Positions 8,690-17,851 of a stretch of DNA of 64,000 nt are shown here, piece by piece. A program made the position numbers and the translations under genes. The stretch lies in the NCBI GenBank assembly GCA_965205295.1, contig OZ242167.1, forward strand, positions 135,788 through 199,787, written 5' to 3'. Position 1 is the stretch's first letter. Every line of letters begins with the position of its first letter. Under the pieces are notes generated by a model that saw only the letters and a program-made list of their open reading frames with translations, had not been told where the DNA came from and made no database searches. This DNA is from Candidatus Multivorans sp. Its GTDB lineage: Bacteria > Acidobacteriota > Thermoanaerobaculia > Multivoradales > Multivoraceae.

Positions 8690-10954
8690 TCACGCGGCGC
8701 CGCCTAACGCCGCGAGGACCCTGGGTGGCGTCATCGGCAGCTCGGTGAGTCGGGCGCCGCAGGCATCGGCGATTGCGTTGGCGACCGCGGCCGCGGTAGG
8801 AATGACGGGCGGTTCGCCGACGCCGCGGGCGCCGAAGGGCCCGCTGTCCGAGGGCACCTCGACAAGCACCGTCTCGAGTTCGGTCGGACCGTGGACGAAG
8901 TGAGGCAGGGCGTAGTCGTTCAGGGTCGCTGTCAGCAGTTGGCCGTCGTCGCTGTAGGCCATCTCCTCGTAGAGCGCCCAACCGATGCCCTGCATGGCGC
9001 CGCCCATCATCTGCCCTTCGACTGCCGGCGGGTTGATCGCGCGTCCGCAGTCCTGGACCACGACCACCTTCTCGACCTTCACCCGGCCTGTTTCCCGGTC
9101 GACCGCCACCTCGGCGAGCTGGGCGCAGAAACCGGGCGCCTGACCGGTCTGGGCGTGGCGTCCGTGGCCGAACACCGGCGCCTGCCGGCTGCCGAAGCGC
9201 ATCGTGCGTTGGGCGATTTTCTTGAGCGGAATGGCCTTGTCGGGCGATCCCTTGACCCGGACCTCTCCGTCCACGATCTCCAGGTCTTCGGGTGCTGCTT
9301 CGAACGTGGCCGCGGCCAGCTCCAGGGTCTGCTGCCGGGCCTCACGGGCGGCCTGAATCACTGGCGGCCCGACCGTGTAGAGGATCTTGCTGCCGCCGGA
9401 CGAGCCCGCGAAGGGACCGCTCGAGGTGTCGCCGGTGGCGATCGTGACCCGTTCCGGCTCGACGCCGAAGGCCTCGGCCGCGATCAGGGCCAGACTCGTG
9501 TTCGTGCCGGTGATGTCGGCCGAACTGATGTGAACCTTGAGCGTACCGTCGCCCTGGAGCGCGCAGGCGGCAGCCGCGGGCTCCGTGCCGCCGGGCCAGG
9601 CCCCGAGCGCGATGCCGACCCCGCGCCCCTCGGCCCTTGCCTGCTCGCGGTTCTGCCACGAGGGGTGGGCCTGCAGCGCTTCCAGCACCTGGCGCTGGCC
9701 CATGCCGGCCCAGGGCATCCCGGAGGCCATCGGCTGGCCGGACTCCGAGGCGTTGAGCAGCCGCATCTCGAGCGGGTCGAGCCCCAACTCCTGGGCCAGT
9801 TGATCGAGCACGGTCTCGACCACGAACGCCGCCTGCGGCGCCAGCGGCGCACGGTAGGCGCCGATCGAGGGCTTGTTCGTGACGACCTCGTAGCTGCCGA
9901 CGGATTGATTCGGCGTCTGGTAGGAACTGCCGAGCAGGGTGCCGGCGAGTGCGGTCATGGAAGATGGGAAGCAGCCGCAGTCCATCGCCAGCTCGGCTTC
10001 CAGCGCCGTCAGTTCGCCGCTCCGCTTGGCGCCGGCGCGGATCGTGATCCGGGTCGCAGGCGCCGGAGTGGCGGCCAGCATTTCCTCGGTGCGGCTCATC
10101 ATCAGTCGCACCGGGCGCTGGAGCTGCGTGGCGGCGATGGCCAGGAGCGGTTCGTAGAGCAGGAACTTGCCGCCGAAGCCGCCGCCGACCGGCGTGCCGA
10201 TCACGCGCACCTGCTCGTGGGACAGGCCGAGCACGTAGGCGACCGTGTCCCGGATGTAGAAGGTCGCCTGGGTGGAGCTGTAGATCGTCATCCCGGTGCC
10301 CATCGGGTCCGGATCGACCAATGCCACGTGCGGTTCGAGGTAGGACTGGTGAACCGACGCGGTGGTGAAGCTCCGCTCGACCACGGCGTCGGCAGCGGCG
10401 AAGCCGGCGGCGAGGTCGCCGCGGTCGAAGCGCATGCGGTTCGTCACGTTGGGCGACGAGGGACCCTCGCCGCCGTCGTCGCCCGCGCCTCCGGCGCCGT
10501 GCGCTGCCGCCTCCGCGGACTGGCCGGGCAGGCCATTGGGCCACACCGGCGGCGCCGAAGGGGCCTCGGCCTGTTCGAGGGTGACCACGGCGTCGAGCGG
10601 CCGGTAGTCGACCTCGACCGCTTCCGCTGCATCCGCGCCCCGGGCCTCGTCCTCGGCCAGGACCAGGGCGACCGGATGGCCGACGAAGATCGCCCGATCG
10701 CGCGCGAGCATGAGCATGGCTCGGCTATTGGCCGGGAGTTCGGGCAGATCCGCTGCCGTGATGACGGCGGCGACGCCGGGCATGGCCTTCGCCGCCACGG
10801 TATCGATGCTCAGCACCTCGGCGTGCGCGTGCGGGCTGGTGACCAGACGGGCATGGAGCAGCCCGGGCCGCTCGAGGTCGCCGCAGTAGCGCAGCGAGCC
10901 CTTGACCTTGGGTTTGCCCTCGAGCAGTTTTGTGGGGGTGCCGATCGCCGCCAT
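8690..10954 (-). CDS. Xanthine dehydrogenase family molybdopterin-binding (large) subunit
   Basis: SPHAHA, HQSYLEP, VGGGFGGK, DCGRAINP..VEGQ..GG, GARGVGEPP. Confidence 0.93.
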   Translation of the reverse strand: MAAIGTPTKLLEGKPKVKGSLRYCGDLERPGLLHARLVTSPHAHAEVLSIDTVAAKAMPGVAAVITAADLPELPANSRAMLMLARDRAIFVGHPVALVLAEDEARGADAAEAVEVDYRPLDAVVTLEQAEAPSAPPVWPNGLPGQSAEAAAHGAGGAGDDGGEGPSSPNVTNRMRFDRGDLAAGFAAADAVVERSFTTASVHQSYLEPHVALVDPDPMGTGMTIYSSTQATFYIRDTVAYVLGLSHEQVRVIGTPVGGGFGGKFLLYEPLLAIAATQLQRPVRLMMSRTEEMLAATPAPATRITIRAGAKRSGELTALEAELAMDCGCFPSSMTALAGTLLGSSYQTPNQSVGSYEVVTNKPSIGAYRAPLAPQAAFVVETVLDQLAQELGLDPLEMRLLNASESGQPMASGMPWAGMGQRQVLEALQAHPSWQNREQARAEGRGVGIALGAWPGGTEPAAAACALQGDGTLKVHISSADITGTNTSLALIAAEAFGVEPERVTIATGDTSSGPFAGSSGGSKILYTVGPPVIQAAREARQQTLELAAATFEAAPEDLEIVDGEVRVKGSPDKAIPLKKIAQRTMRFGSRQAPVFGHGRHAQTGQAPGFCAQLAEVAVDRETGRVKVEKVVVVQDCGRAINPPAVEGQMMGGAMQGIGWALYEEMAYSDDGQLLTATLNDYALPHFVHGPTELETVLVEVPSDSGPFGARGVGEPPVIPTAAAVANAIADACGARLTELPMTPPRVLAALGGAA

Positions 10955-10968
10955 GTTCGTCTCCGCCG

Positions 10969-11006
10969 GTGAATCCTCACGCCCGTTATCGGGCGCGCGG
11001 ATGGAA
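10969..11006 (-). repeat. Partial copy of the dispersed two-hairpin element (first hairpin)
   Basis: CCATCC-GCGCGCCCG-ATAA-CGGGCGTG-AGGATTCAC, matching the copies at 24368, 43232 and 46171. Confidence 0.6.
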
Positions 11007-11078
11007 CCAGGATTGTGGGGGGCGATTGTACGGAACTGAGCTCTGAGGGGTCCAGGGCCCGACGCGATTCGGACAAGG

Positions 11079-11113
11079 AAAAGAGCCCCGAGGGCGTTTG
11101 CTCCTCGGGGCTC
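11079..11113 (-). terminator. Rho-independent terminator
   Basis: GAGCCCCGAGG-N9-CCTCGGGGCTC followed by a T-run on the minus strand. Confidence 0.85.
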
Positions 11114-11225
11114 CGGTGACGCTCTTGGACCGCGGTTTGCGCGGCTCGGTCGAGCGTGTTCTTGGCCGATGGGATGGCGTGGGATCGCTTCCCGAAGGAG
11201 GCGCCCTACGCCAGGCAGGGGTTAC

Positions 11226-11270
11226 CTAGGGAGCCGCCACCTCCATCAAGCCGCATCTGCAGTACTCCAC
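11226..11270 (-). CDS. Putative 14-aa small peptide MEYCRCGLMEVAAP
   Basis: GAAAGGAGGTGGTCTA directly before a GTG start (GGAGG 7 nt upstream); TAG stop. Confidence 0.45.
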   Translation of the reverse strand: MEYCRCGLMEVAAP

Positions 11271-11396
11271 TAGACCACCTCCTTTCCGGGCACATCCACA
11301 AAGTGGTGGGTCCCACCCCACCCGGTCGCGGGATCGCCCCGATTGACCCCGGGACCGCCGCTCGCGCCTCGTTGACGGAGCGGAACGACTGGCACG

Positions 11397-11426
11397 ATGC
11401 TGTTCGATCGGCGGGGCAGTTGTCAA
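11397..11426 (-). promoter_or_regulatory. Sigma70-type promoter
   Basis: Perfect -35 TTGACA (11421-11426), 18-nt spacer, -10-like CAGCAT (11397-11402). Confidence 0.55.
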
Positions 11427-11497
11427 ACCCCCGTGTCTCCAGGGGGTTGCGCGCGCCCGGACGGGTCGTCGAGGAGCGGCGCTGTCTGGTGTCGCCG

Positions 11498-13495
11498 CTA
11501 CGGGTTGCCGCCGTCCGAGGGCTGCGACTCGCCGCCCTCGGTCGCGGTCGGGGCTCGCCGGGGTCGCCGCCGGCGTCGCCGTCGCTTGGTCGGCCGGGGG
11601 CCGCCGTTGCCGGTCGCCGCTTCGGCGGCGGCGGGCTGGCCGTTGGCGGCCGGCGCCGCCTCTGGCGCCGGCGTGTCGATGCCCGGCACCTTGATGGCGG
11701 CCGTGTCCGCGCTCGGTCGGGGAGTGGGCGCCGCCGCGTTCGCGGCCACCGGCGCCCCGCCGTCCTGCGAGGCGGCGTCGCCGTTCTTCGGCTGCTCGTC
11801 CTTCGCCCTGGCCTTTCGTGTGACAGCGGAACGGCGTCTGCGACCGCCTCGGCGCCCACGTTTCTTCGGCGTTGCCTTGGCCGCGCCGTCCGGTCCGTCC
11901 TCGTCCACCTCCTGGGGCTGGTCGAAGGCCTCGTTGTCGCCGATCGACGGCGTGGCCAGCATCTCCTGTTCGAGCTTCTTCTCCTGCGCCTCTTCCCGCT
12001 CGCGCTTCTTCACTTCGTCCAGATCGCGAGCGGTCCAACTGATCTCCGGCTCGCGGCCCTGCATTTGAGGCTCGCCCGAGATCTCGATCTCGAGATCGAA
12101 CTCCCGTTCGAGCTTCGCGAGCGCTTCGCGGTTCTGGTTCTGCAGGTAGTTGGCAAGCTGCGGCGGTAGGGCCATCTGCACGCCCCGCATGTAGCCGGCG
12201 GCGCCGTGGGACTCGATGTTGCGCAGCAGGCGCAGTGCGACAAGGTCCGGACTGGCGACGCGGCCGGTGCCGCCGCAGTTCGGGCAGTCGCTGTGAGTGC
12301 GCAACTGGAGCGCCTGGTGGATCCGCTGGCGGTTGATCTCGAGCAGCCCGTTGTCGCTGATCCGGCCGACGCTGGAGCGCGCCTTGTCGGCCTTCATCGC
12401 GTCCTTCATCGCCTTCTCTACCTTGCGGCGATTGCGGGGACTGCGCATGTCGATGAAATCGACCACGATCAGGCCGCCGATGTCGCGCAAGCGAAGCTGC
12501 CGGCCGACTTCGGCCGCGGCCTCGATGTTCGTGTTGACCGCGGTCTCCTCCTGACTCGATGCCTTCTTGGAGCGGCCGGAGTTGACGTCGATCGCGGTCA
12601 GGGCCTCGGTCGGGTCGATGACGATCGAGCCGCCGGCGCGTAGTTCCGCCCGGCGTTCGAAGATGTTCTCGATCTGAGGCTCCAGTTCGTAGACCGAGAA
12701 CAACGGCTTGCGGCCGGTGTAGCGGTGCAGCGCCGTCTTGCTGCGCGGCATGAAGGCCCGCATGTACAGCTCGGCGCGTCCGTGGGCGCCGTCCTCGTCG
12801 ACCCAGACCTCCTCAATCGCGCTGTCGAGGTAGTCCCGCAGTCCCTGCAGCACGATGTCCTGGTCGCTGTAGAGCAGCCTCGTGCCCTTCGCGTCGCGGG
12901 CGTCCCGGGAGATGCGCTTCCACAGCCGGAGCAGCGAGTTCATGTCCCGGCTCAGGGCCGTCTTCGTCTGGCCGAGGGCGTTGGTGCGTACGATCACACC
13001 GCCGCCCTCCGGCACCGGCAGCGATTCCGCCATCGCTTTCAGCTTGAGGCGAACCTCCTCGGTGTCGACCTTGCGGGAAACGCCACTGGTCTTGTCGAAG
13101 GGCGAGAGCACCAGGTAGCGCCCTGCCAGACTCAGGTTGGTGGTCAGGGCGGCGCCCTTGTTGCCCTCCGGCTCGCGCGTGATCTGAACCACGATCGGGC
13201 GGCCGCGAACGAGTACGTCCTCGATCTTGGGCCGCTGGGACTTGGACGCCGCCTGGTAGTACGCATCGGGCACGACATCCTGGATGGCCAGGAAGCCGTG
13301 TTTCGAGGCGCCGTAGTCGATGAACGCGGCGTTGAGGCTCGGCTCGATGTTGGCGATCTTGCCGTAGTAGATGTTGCCGCGGGTCAGCCCCCGCTCGGCG
13401 ATATCGATCTTGAGGTCTTCGAGTATCGAGTCATTGGCGATGGCGATGCGGAGCTCGCTTGAGCTTCGCGCGTTGATGAGCATTCTTCGGGTCAC
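11498..13495 (-). CDS. rne: Rne/Rng family ribonuclease (RNase E-like)
   Basis: GNIY.G...IEPSLNAAFIDYG S1 region, TEALTAIDVNSG, RLRDIGGLIVVDFIDM, CPNCGGTG Zn-link, Arg-rich disordered C-terminus. Confidence 0.93.
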   Translation of the reverse strand: MTRRMLINARSSSELRIAIANDSILEDLKIDIAERGLTRGNIYYGKIANIEPSLNAAFIDYGASKHGFLAIQDVVPDAYYQAASKSQRPKIEDVLVRGRPIVVQITREPEGNKGAALTTNLSLAGRYLVLSPFDKTSGVSRKVDTEEVRLKLKAMAESLPVPEGGGVIVRTNALGQTKTALSRDMNSLLRLWKRISRDARDAKGTRLLYSDQDIVLQGLRDYLDSAIEEVWVDEDGAHGRAELYMRAFMPRSKTALHRYTGRKPLFSVYELEPQIENIFERRAELRAGGSIVIDPTEALTAIDVNSGRSKKASSQEETAVNTNIEAAAEVGRQLRLRDIGGLIVVDFIDMRSPRNRRKVEKAMKDAMKADKARSSVGRISDNGLLEINRQRIHQALQLRTHSDCPNCGGTGRVASPDLVALRLLRNIESHGAAGYMRGVQMALPPQLANYLQNQNREALAKLEREFDLEIEISGEPQMQGREPEISWTARDLDEVKKREREEAQEKKLEQEMLATPSIGDNEAFDQPQEVDEDGPDGAAKATPKKRGRRGGRRRRSAVTRKARAKDEQPKNGDAASQDGGAPVAANAAAPTPRPSADTAAIKVPGIDTPAPEAAPAANGQPAAAEAATGNGGPRPTKRRRRRRRPRRAPTATEGGESQPSDGGNP

Positions 13496-13894
13496 AAAGT
13501 CTCCGGGTGACGGCGAGTGCGCCGTCGGTTGAATCGGTGTGGACGTCTCCGGATGCGCGGGCGCCAGGCCGCGATGGGATTCCGTGAACGGAACCCGCTG
13601 GGCGGCTGCCCTGCGTTCGCTGCAGTTCCACCTGCGCGAATCGGTTGTAGTACCGGAGCGTCATTTCGGGCGGCGGGTGTAGCCTTGAGTGCACCACGGG
13701 CTGTTCAGACGGCCCTCGGGCGACATGAGTCGTCTCAGAATGGACGGACTGTCTAGAGGACAAAGGCTGAAGCCAAGCGCTGACTCGTGCTATCGAGCTA
13801 CGTGGCGCTTGCCTGATGGGGCCAGCGTCACCGCCGAGGCAGCAAGCATACCATTTTCTTGACTTTGCGATTCAAACACGGCCACTGCCCTTAG

Positions 13895-15592
13895 ATGAAA
13901 CCTCTGCACGGCGACATTCGCGGGCTGAAGGCCTCACAGCGCGGCGCGCTCGAACGGACCTATCGGCGGAAGGTGCGACCGGATCAGGTGGTCTCCACCG
14001 AACTGGCTCGTCACCTGTGCGCGCTCTCGCGTGAGATTGGACGTCAGGTGGGCGTGCTGCTGACCCGCGACGGCGCGGTCAGCAAGGTGATCGTCGGCGA
14101 CGCCAGACAGCTCGAGATTCCCGATATCGGGCGCCTGCGGGGCGGCCCCGGACGCTTCCGGCGGCTGCGTCTCGTCCATACCCACCTGCATGGCGAGAGT
14201 CTGACCGCCGACGATCTCAATGACCTGGCGCTGCTGCGACTGGACATGGTCGCGGTCGTTCAGGCCCTGGAAGACGGCTCGGCGGGCGGTATCGAAGTCG
14301 CGTATCTGGCGCCCGAGCCGACCGCCGACGGCGCCGGCGAGGGCGCGCAGTTCCTCCGCGTGCAGGCGCCGCAGGTCTACCAACTGGAACTCGACTTCGC
14401 GGCAACCATCCGTGCAGTTGAGCGGGAGATGGGCCGGCGCCGTAGCGGGCGCGAGGCGGAGCGGGAACGCGCGCTGGTGATCGGCGTCCGGCCGGACGAC
14501 GGCCACTTCCTGGAGACGGTCGAACTCGTGCACTCGGCGGGTGTCGAGGTGGCGGGCGTCATACGCCAGCGCCGGTCGCGCATTCACCCGCGCACCGTCG
14601 TGGGGCGCGGCAAGCTGACCGAGATCGTGTTGCAGAGCATGCGGGCCGGCGCCGAAGTGGCGATCTTCGACATCGACCTCAAGCCGGGGCAGGCCCGCGC
14701 GTTCGAGGACGCGACCGGCCTCAAGGCGATCGACCGCACCCAACTGATCCTGGACGTGTTCGCGCAGCGCGCCCGCTCCCGGGACGGCAAGCTGCAGGTC
14801 GAGCTGGCCCAGTTGCGGTACTCCCTGCCGCGGTTGACCGAGAGGGACGAGGGCCTGTCGCGGCTCACTGGAGGCATCGGTGGCCGCGGACCGGGCGAAA
14901 CGGTGCTGGAGGTGGGCCGCCGGCGGATCCGCGACCGGATCCGCAAGCTCGAGAAGCAGGTCGAGGGACTGTCACGGCAGCGGGATGTCGCCCGCAGCCG
15001 GCGGCGCGACCGGGGGGTGCCGGTGCTGTCCCTGATCGGCTACACGAACGCCGGCAAGAGCACGCTTCTCAATGCGATGACCCGGAGCTCGGTGGAGACC
15101 GCGCCGCAACTGTTCGTGACCCTCGACCCGATCAGCCGGCGGATTCGCTTTCCGAGGGAGGGGGAGGTGGTGATCACCGACACGGTCGGTTTCATTGCCG
15201 AACTCCCACCCGACCTGGTGCGGGCGTTCCGCGCCACGCTGGAGGAACTCGGCGACGCGGACCTGCTGCTGCATGTCGTCGATGCCTCCGATCCGGCTTG
15301 GCGCGCCAAGGCGAAGGCGGTGGACGGGTTGATCGATGAACTGTCGCTCACCTCGAAGCCTCTCCTGGTGGTGCTGAACAAGTGCGACCTGGTGACCGAG
15401 GAGCGTGCCCGGCTGCTGGCGGATCAGCTCGATGCGATCGCGGTCAGCGCGCACACGCGGGCGGGCCTGGACCGGCTCGTAGGCGCCGCCGAAGAGGCGA
15501 TGGGAAGGGCTGCGCCGCTGCTGCCGGGGGCGGCCCCGAACCGGGGCGCGGCGGCGGCCGGGAACGCGGGCGACGCCGCGACCGTAGAATGA
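13895..15592 (+). CDS. hflX: GTPase HflX
   Basis: [41 protein letters not shown]. Confidence 0.96.
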   Translation: MKPLHGDIRGLKASQRGALERTYRRKVRPDQVVSTELARHLCALSREIGRQVGVLLTRDGAVSKVIVGDARQLEIPDIGRLRGGPGRFRRLRLVHTHLHGESLTADDLNDLALLRLDMVAVVQALEDGSAGGIEVAYLAPEPTADGAGEGAQFLRVQAPQVYQLELDFAATIRAVEREMGRRRSGREAERERALVIGVRPDDGHFLETVELVHSAGVEVAGVIRQRRSRIHPRTVVGRGKLTEIVLQSMRAGAEVAIFDIDLKPGQARAFEDATGLKAIDRTQLILDVFAQRARSRDGKLQVELAQLRYSLPRLTERDEGLSRLTGGIGGRGPGETVLEVGRRRIRDRIRKLEKQVEGLSRQRDVARSRRRDRGVPVLSLIGYTNAGKSTLLNAMTRSSVETAPQLFVTLDPISRRIRFPREGEVVITDTVGFIAELPPDLVRAFRATLEELGDADLLLHVVDASDPAWRAKAKAVDGLIDELSLTSKPLLVVLNKCDLVTEERARLLADQLDAIAVSAHTRAGLDRLVGAAEEAMGRAAPLLPGAAPNRGAAAAGNAGDAATVE

Positions 15593-15598
15593 AGGGCC

Positions 15599-16066
15599 AT
15601 GGACAAGCGTCGCGAGCCTTGGCCAGCCAGGGTCATCGTCTACTACGACGGCGACTGCGCGCTCTGCAACTGGTCGGTGGCGCGGTGTCTGGCCCGGGGT
15701 GTGCCGTCGGGGGTCCGCTTCGCGCCCCAGGACGGTGAGTTGTTCAAGCGCCTGACCGGGATGCGGCCCGACCTCGCCGGGCTCGACAGCATGGTGATCC
15801 AGAGCTTGCCCGCCGTTCACGCGCGCCAGGGCACTTCGCCAGCCGATTCAGTGGGCGAGATCCGGGTGCGCAGCGAGGCGGTGATCTGGCTGGCGTCCCA
15901 GTTGCGCGGGCCGGAGCGCTGGCTCGCACTGCTCCCGTGGATGGCGCCCCGACCGGTCCTCGACTGGGGCTACAGGCTGGTGGCGCGGAATCGCCAACGC
16001 GTCGGGCGACGGCTGGCCGAGTGCCCGGTGCCGACGCCGGAGCAGCGGCGCTACTTCCTGGCGTGA
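15599..16066 (+). CDS. DCC1-like thiol-disulfide oxidoreductase (DUF393)
   Basis: YYDGDCALC and D.GY..VARNR motifs. Confidence 0.85.
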   Translation: MDKRREPWPARVIVYYDGDCALCNWSVARCLARGVPSGVRFAPQDGELFKRLTGMRPDLAGLDSMVIQSLPAVHARQGTSPADSVGEIRVRSEAVIWLASQLRGPERWLALLPWMAPRPVLDWGYRLVARNRQRVGRRLAECPVPTPEQRRYFLA

Positions 16067-16818
16067 GCGCGGCCAGGGGAGTCCCCGCGAGCCTGGCTCG
16101 GGCTCTTCCTCGGGACATTGCCGTGGCCGCGAGGCTGATCGGCAGCCTGGACGACCTGATCGAGGAAGCGCGAAGTCTGGCGATCGAGTTGCCGGGCGCC
16201 CTCGAAGGCGCCATCGACAAGCGCCGGCGGGAGTACCTGGCCGGCCGGATCGCCGCCCGGCTTGCGCTCAGGGAACTGCTCGGGGCGTGTGCTTCACAGG
16301 GTGGCCTTGGCGCCGACGAGGACGACGTACCGCTTTGGCCGGACGGTGTCGTCGGTTCGATCTCCCACGGCGCGGGCGCCGGGTTCGCCGCGGTTGCGGC
16401 GGCGAACCGGTACCTGGGTCTGGGTGTCGATGTGGAGCGCGTCGTGTCGGTGAGGCAAGCTGCTCGTCTCGGGCCGCGGGTGTTGACCGATCGGGAAAGG
16501 GAGCTTCGTCGCGGCGGGAACGGCGGCTTGACCGAGGCGGAGATGTTCACGCTGGCGTTCTCGGCCAAGGAGAGTGCGTACAAGGCCCTGTTTCCGGTCC
16601 ACCGGCGCGTACTCGGGTTCTCGGATGTCGAGCTCGAACGCCGGGACGGAGCGGAGGGAACCGATCGCCGCGGTGACCTGCAACTCCGTGCGACTCTCGG
16701 CCGCGATGCGGGCGCAACGGCAACCCTCGTTGGCTGGTACGCGGTCACGTGCGATGCCGACGGTTTGAACGGTGCCGAAAACCGTCGCATGTGGACCCTG
16801 GTGCTGGCTGGCCCTTGA
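16063..16818 (+). CDS. 4'-phosphopantetheinyl transferase (EntD/Sfp-like)
   Basis: RRREYLAGR, PLWP.GVVGSISH, GLGVDVE, FSAKESAYKA; GTGA overlap with the upstream gene. Confidence 0.9.
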   Translation: MSAARGVPASLARALPRDIAVAARLIGSLDDLIEEARSLAIELPGALEGAIDKRRREYLAGRIAARLALRELLGACASQGGLGADEDDVPLWPDGVVGSISHGAGAGFAAVAAANRYLGLGVDVERVVSVRQAARLGPRVLTDRERELRRGGNGGLTEAEMFTLAFSAKESAYKALFPVHRRVLGFSDVELERRDGAEGTDRRGDLQLRATLGRDAGATATLVGWYAVTCDADGLNGAENRRMWTLVLAGP

Positions 16819-16856
16819 CGTCCGTCAAATGACTGCCGTATCGTCGTCAAATGACG
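16815..16856 (+). promoter_or_regulatory. Promoter with two GTCAAATGAC palindromes (candidate antitoxin operators)
   Basis: TTGACG-N18-TATCGT; palindromes at 16824-16833 and 16846-16855; ATG begins 7 nt after the -10. Confidence 0.6.
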
Positions 16857-17336
16857 AAAGCCGATGCCTCCACCGTACTTGAGACCTACGCCAACTCGGC
16901 CGACCTGCCGGTAACCGAGGCTGCCTGTCTGGGAACGCTCCTCGGGATCGAGGATGCCGAAGTCCTGAGCAACCTGGAACTCGCGCGCCGGGTTGGCCGC
17001 GGCCTGCCCACGGACGCGGTGTCCGTGCTGACGGAGATTCTGGGCGCCAGGAACATCGTAGGACCGGTGATCCCCGAGGCCACGCTGCGGCGTACCCGCA
17101 ACGCAGGCAAGCCCCTGTCGAGGGAGATGAGCGAGCGGCTCTACGAGCTCAGCCGCGTCGTCAATGCGCTGAGCCGGGTGTACCACGGGGACCGGGAGGG
17201 AATCGAGGCCTACCTGACGTCGCGGCATGCTCTGCTGGATGGCGAGAGGCCGCTCGATGTCGCCTGCTCGAGTTCCGCCGGCGCGCGGGCGGTGCTCGAT
17301 GTGATTCATCAGGCCGAGGCCGGCTTTCCCGTCTGA
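16851..17336 (+). CDS. Xre/MbcA/ParS-type antitoxin
   Basis: GLP..A..., TLRR..., LS.E.SERL, L.G.RPLD....AGA..V motif; upstream of a RES gene. Confidence 0.88.
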   Translation: MTKADASTVLETYANSADLPVTEAACLGTLLGIEDAEVLSNLELARRVGRGLPTDAVSVLTEILGARNIVGPVIPEATLRRTRNAGKPLSREMSERLYELSRVVNALSRVYHGDREGIEAYLTSRHALLDGERPLDVACSSSAGARAVLDVIHQAEAGFPV

Positions 17337-17818
17337 TGGTGCGGCGGCTTGCGTCGCCGATGTCGGCGTATCGCATCGGCGACGCCGACGGGAGGTTCCC
17401 GGTGTGGAGCGCGGAAGGCGCCAGGCGCACTGCCGGTAGATGGCACGAGGCAGGCGCCGAGGTGATCTACGCCTCGCGGAACTACTCGACGGCCATGCTG
17501 GAGATGCTGGTCGGCTGGTCAGGGCGGGTTCCACCGAACCAACACTCCGTGGAGATCGTCCTGCCCGCGGGAACCAGCTACGAGGTCGTGGCGACCGACG
17601 TCCTGCCGGACTGGCATCGGCAGACCCGCGCAGCGTCTCAGCGCTTTGGCCGGGACTGGTACCAGGAGCGCCGAAGCGTGATCCTCGTCGTGCCCTCGGT
17701 CGTGGCGCGCATGGAGAGCAACGTCGTCATCAACACGGGCCATCCCGACTACGAGGGCCTGCCGGTCGAGGTCGGGCTGGAGACGCCCGTATGGTGGGAC
17801 CGGCGTCTGTTCCCGTGA
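17336..17818 (+). CDS. RES-domain toxin
   Basis: YRI, GRWH, IYAS...STAMLE, VPSVV, N..IN..HPD, DRRLF. Confidence 0.9.
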   Translation: MVRRLASPMSAYRIGDADGRFPVWSAEGARRTAGRWHEAGAEVIYASRNYSTAMLEMLVGWSGRVPPNQHSVEIVLPAGTSYEVVATDVLPDWHRQTRAASQRFGRDWYQERRSVILVVPSVVARMESNVVINTGHPDYEGLPVEVGLETPVWWDRRLFP

Positions 17819-17851
17819 ATGGCCGGGGCCGATCGGAGAACGAGTCAAACC

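Larger units (their letters stand above)
11079..11390 (-). ncRNA. Candidate structured small RNA / small-peptide transcript
   Basis: Bounded by a TTGACA-N18-CAGCAT promoter and a terminator; several hairpins including a C(UUCG)G loop. Confidence 0.5.

Noticed and set aside
11270-11290. Fragment of a 16S rRNA gene, or tmRNA
   Set aside because: Similarity is limited to the 16S 3' tail, and no tRNA-like ends of tmRNA were found
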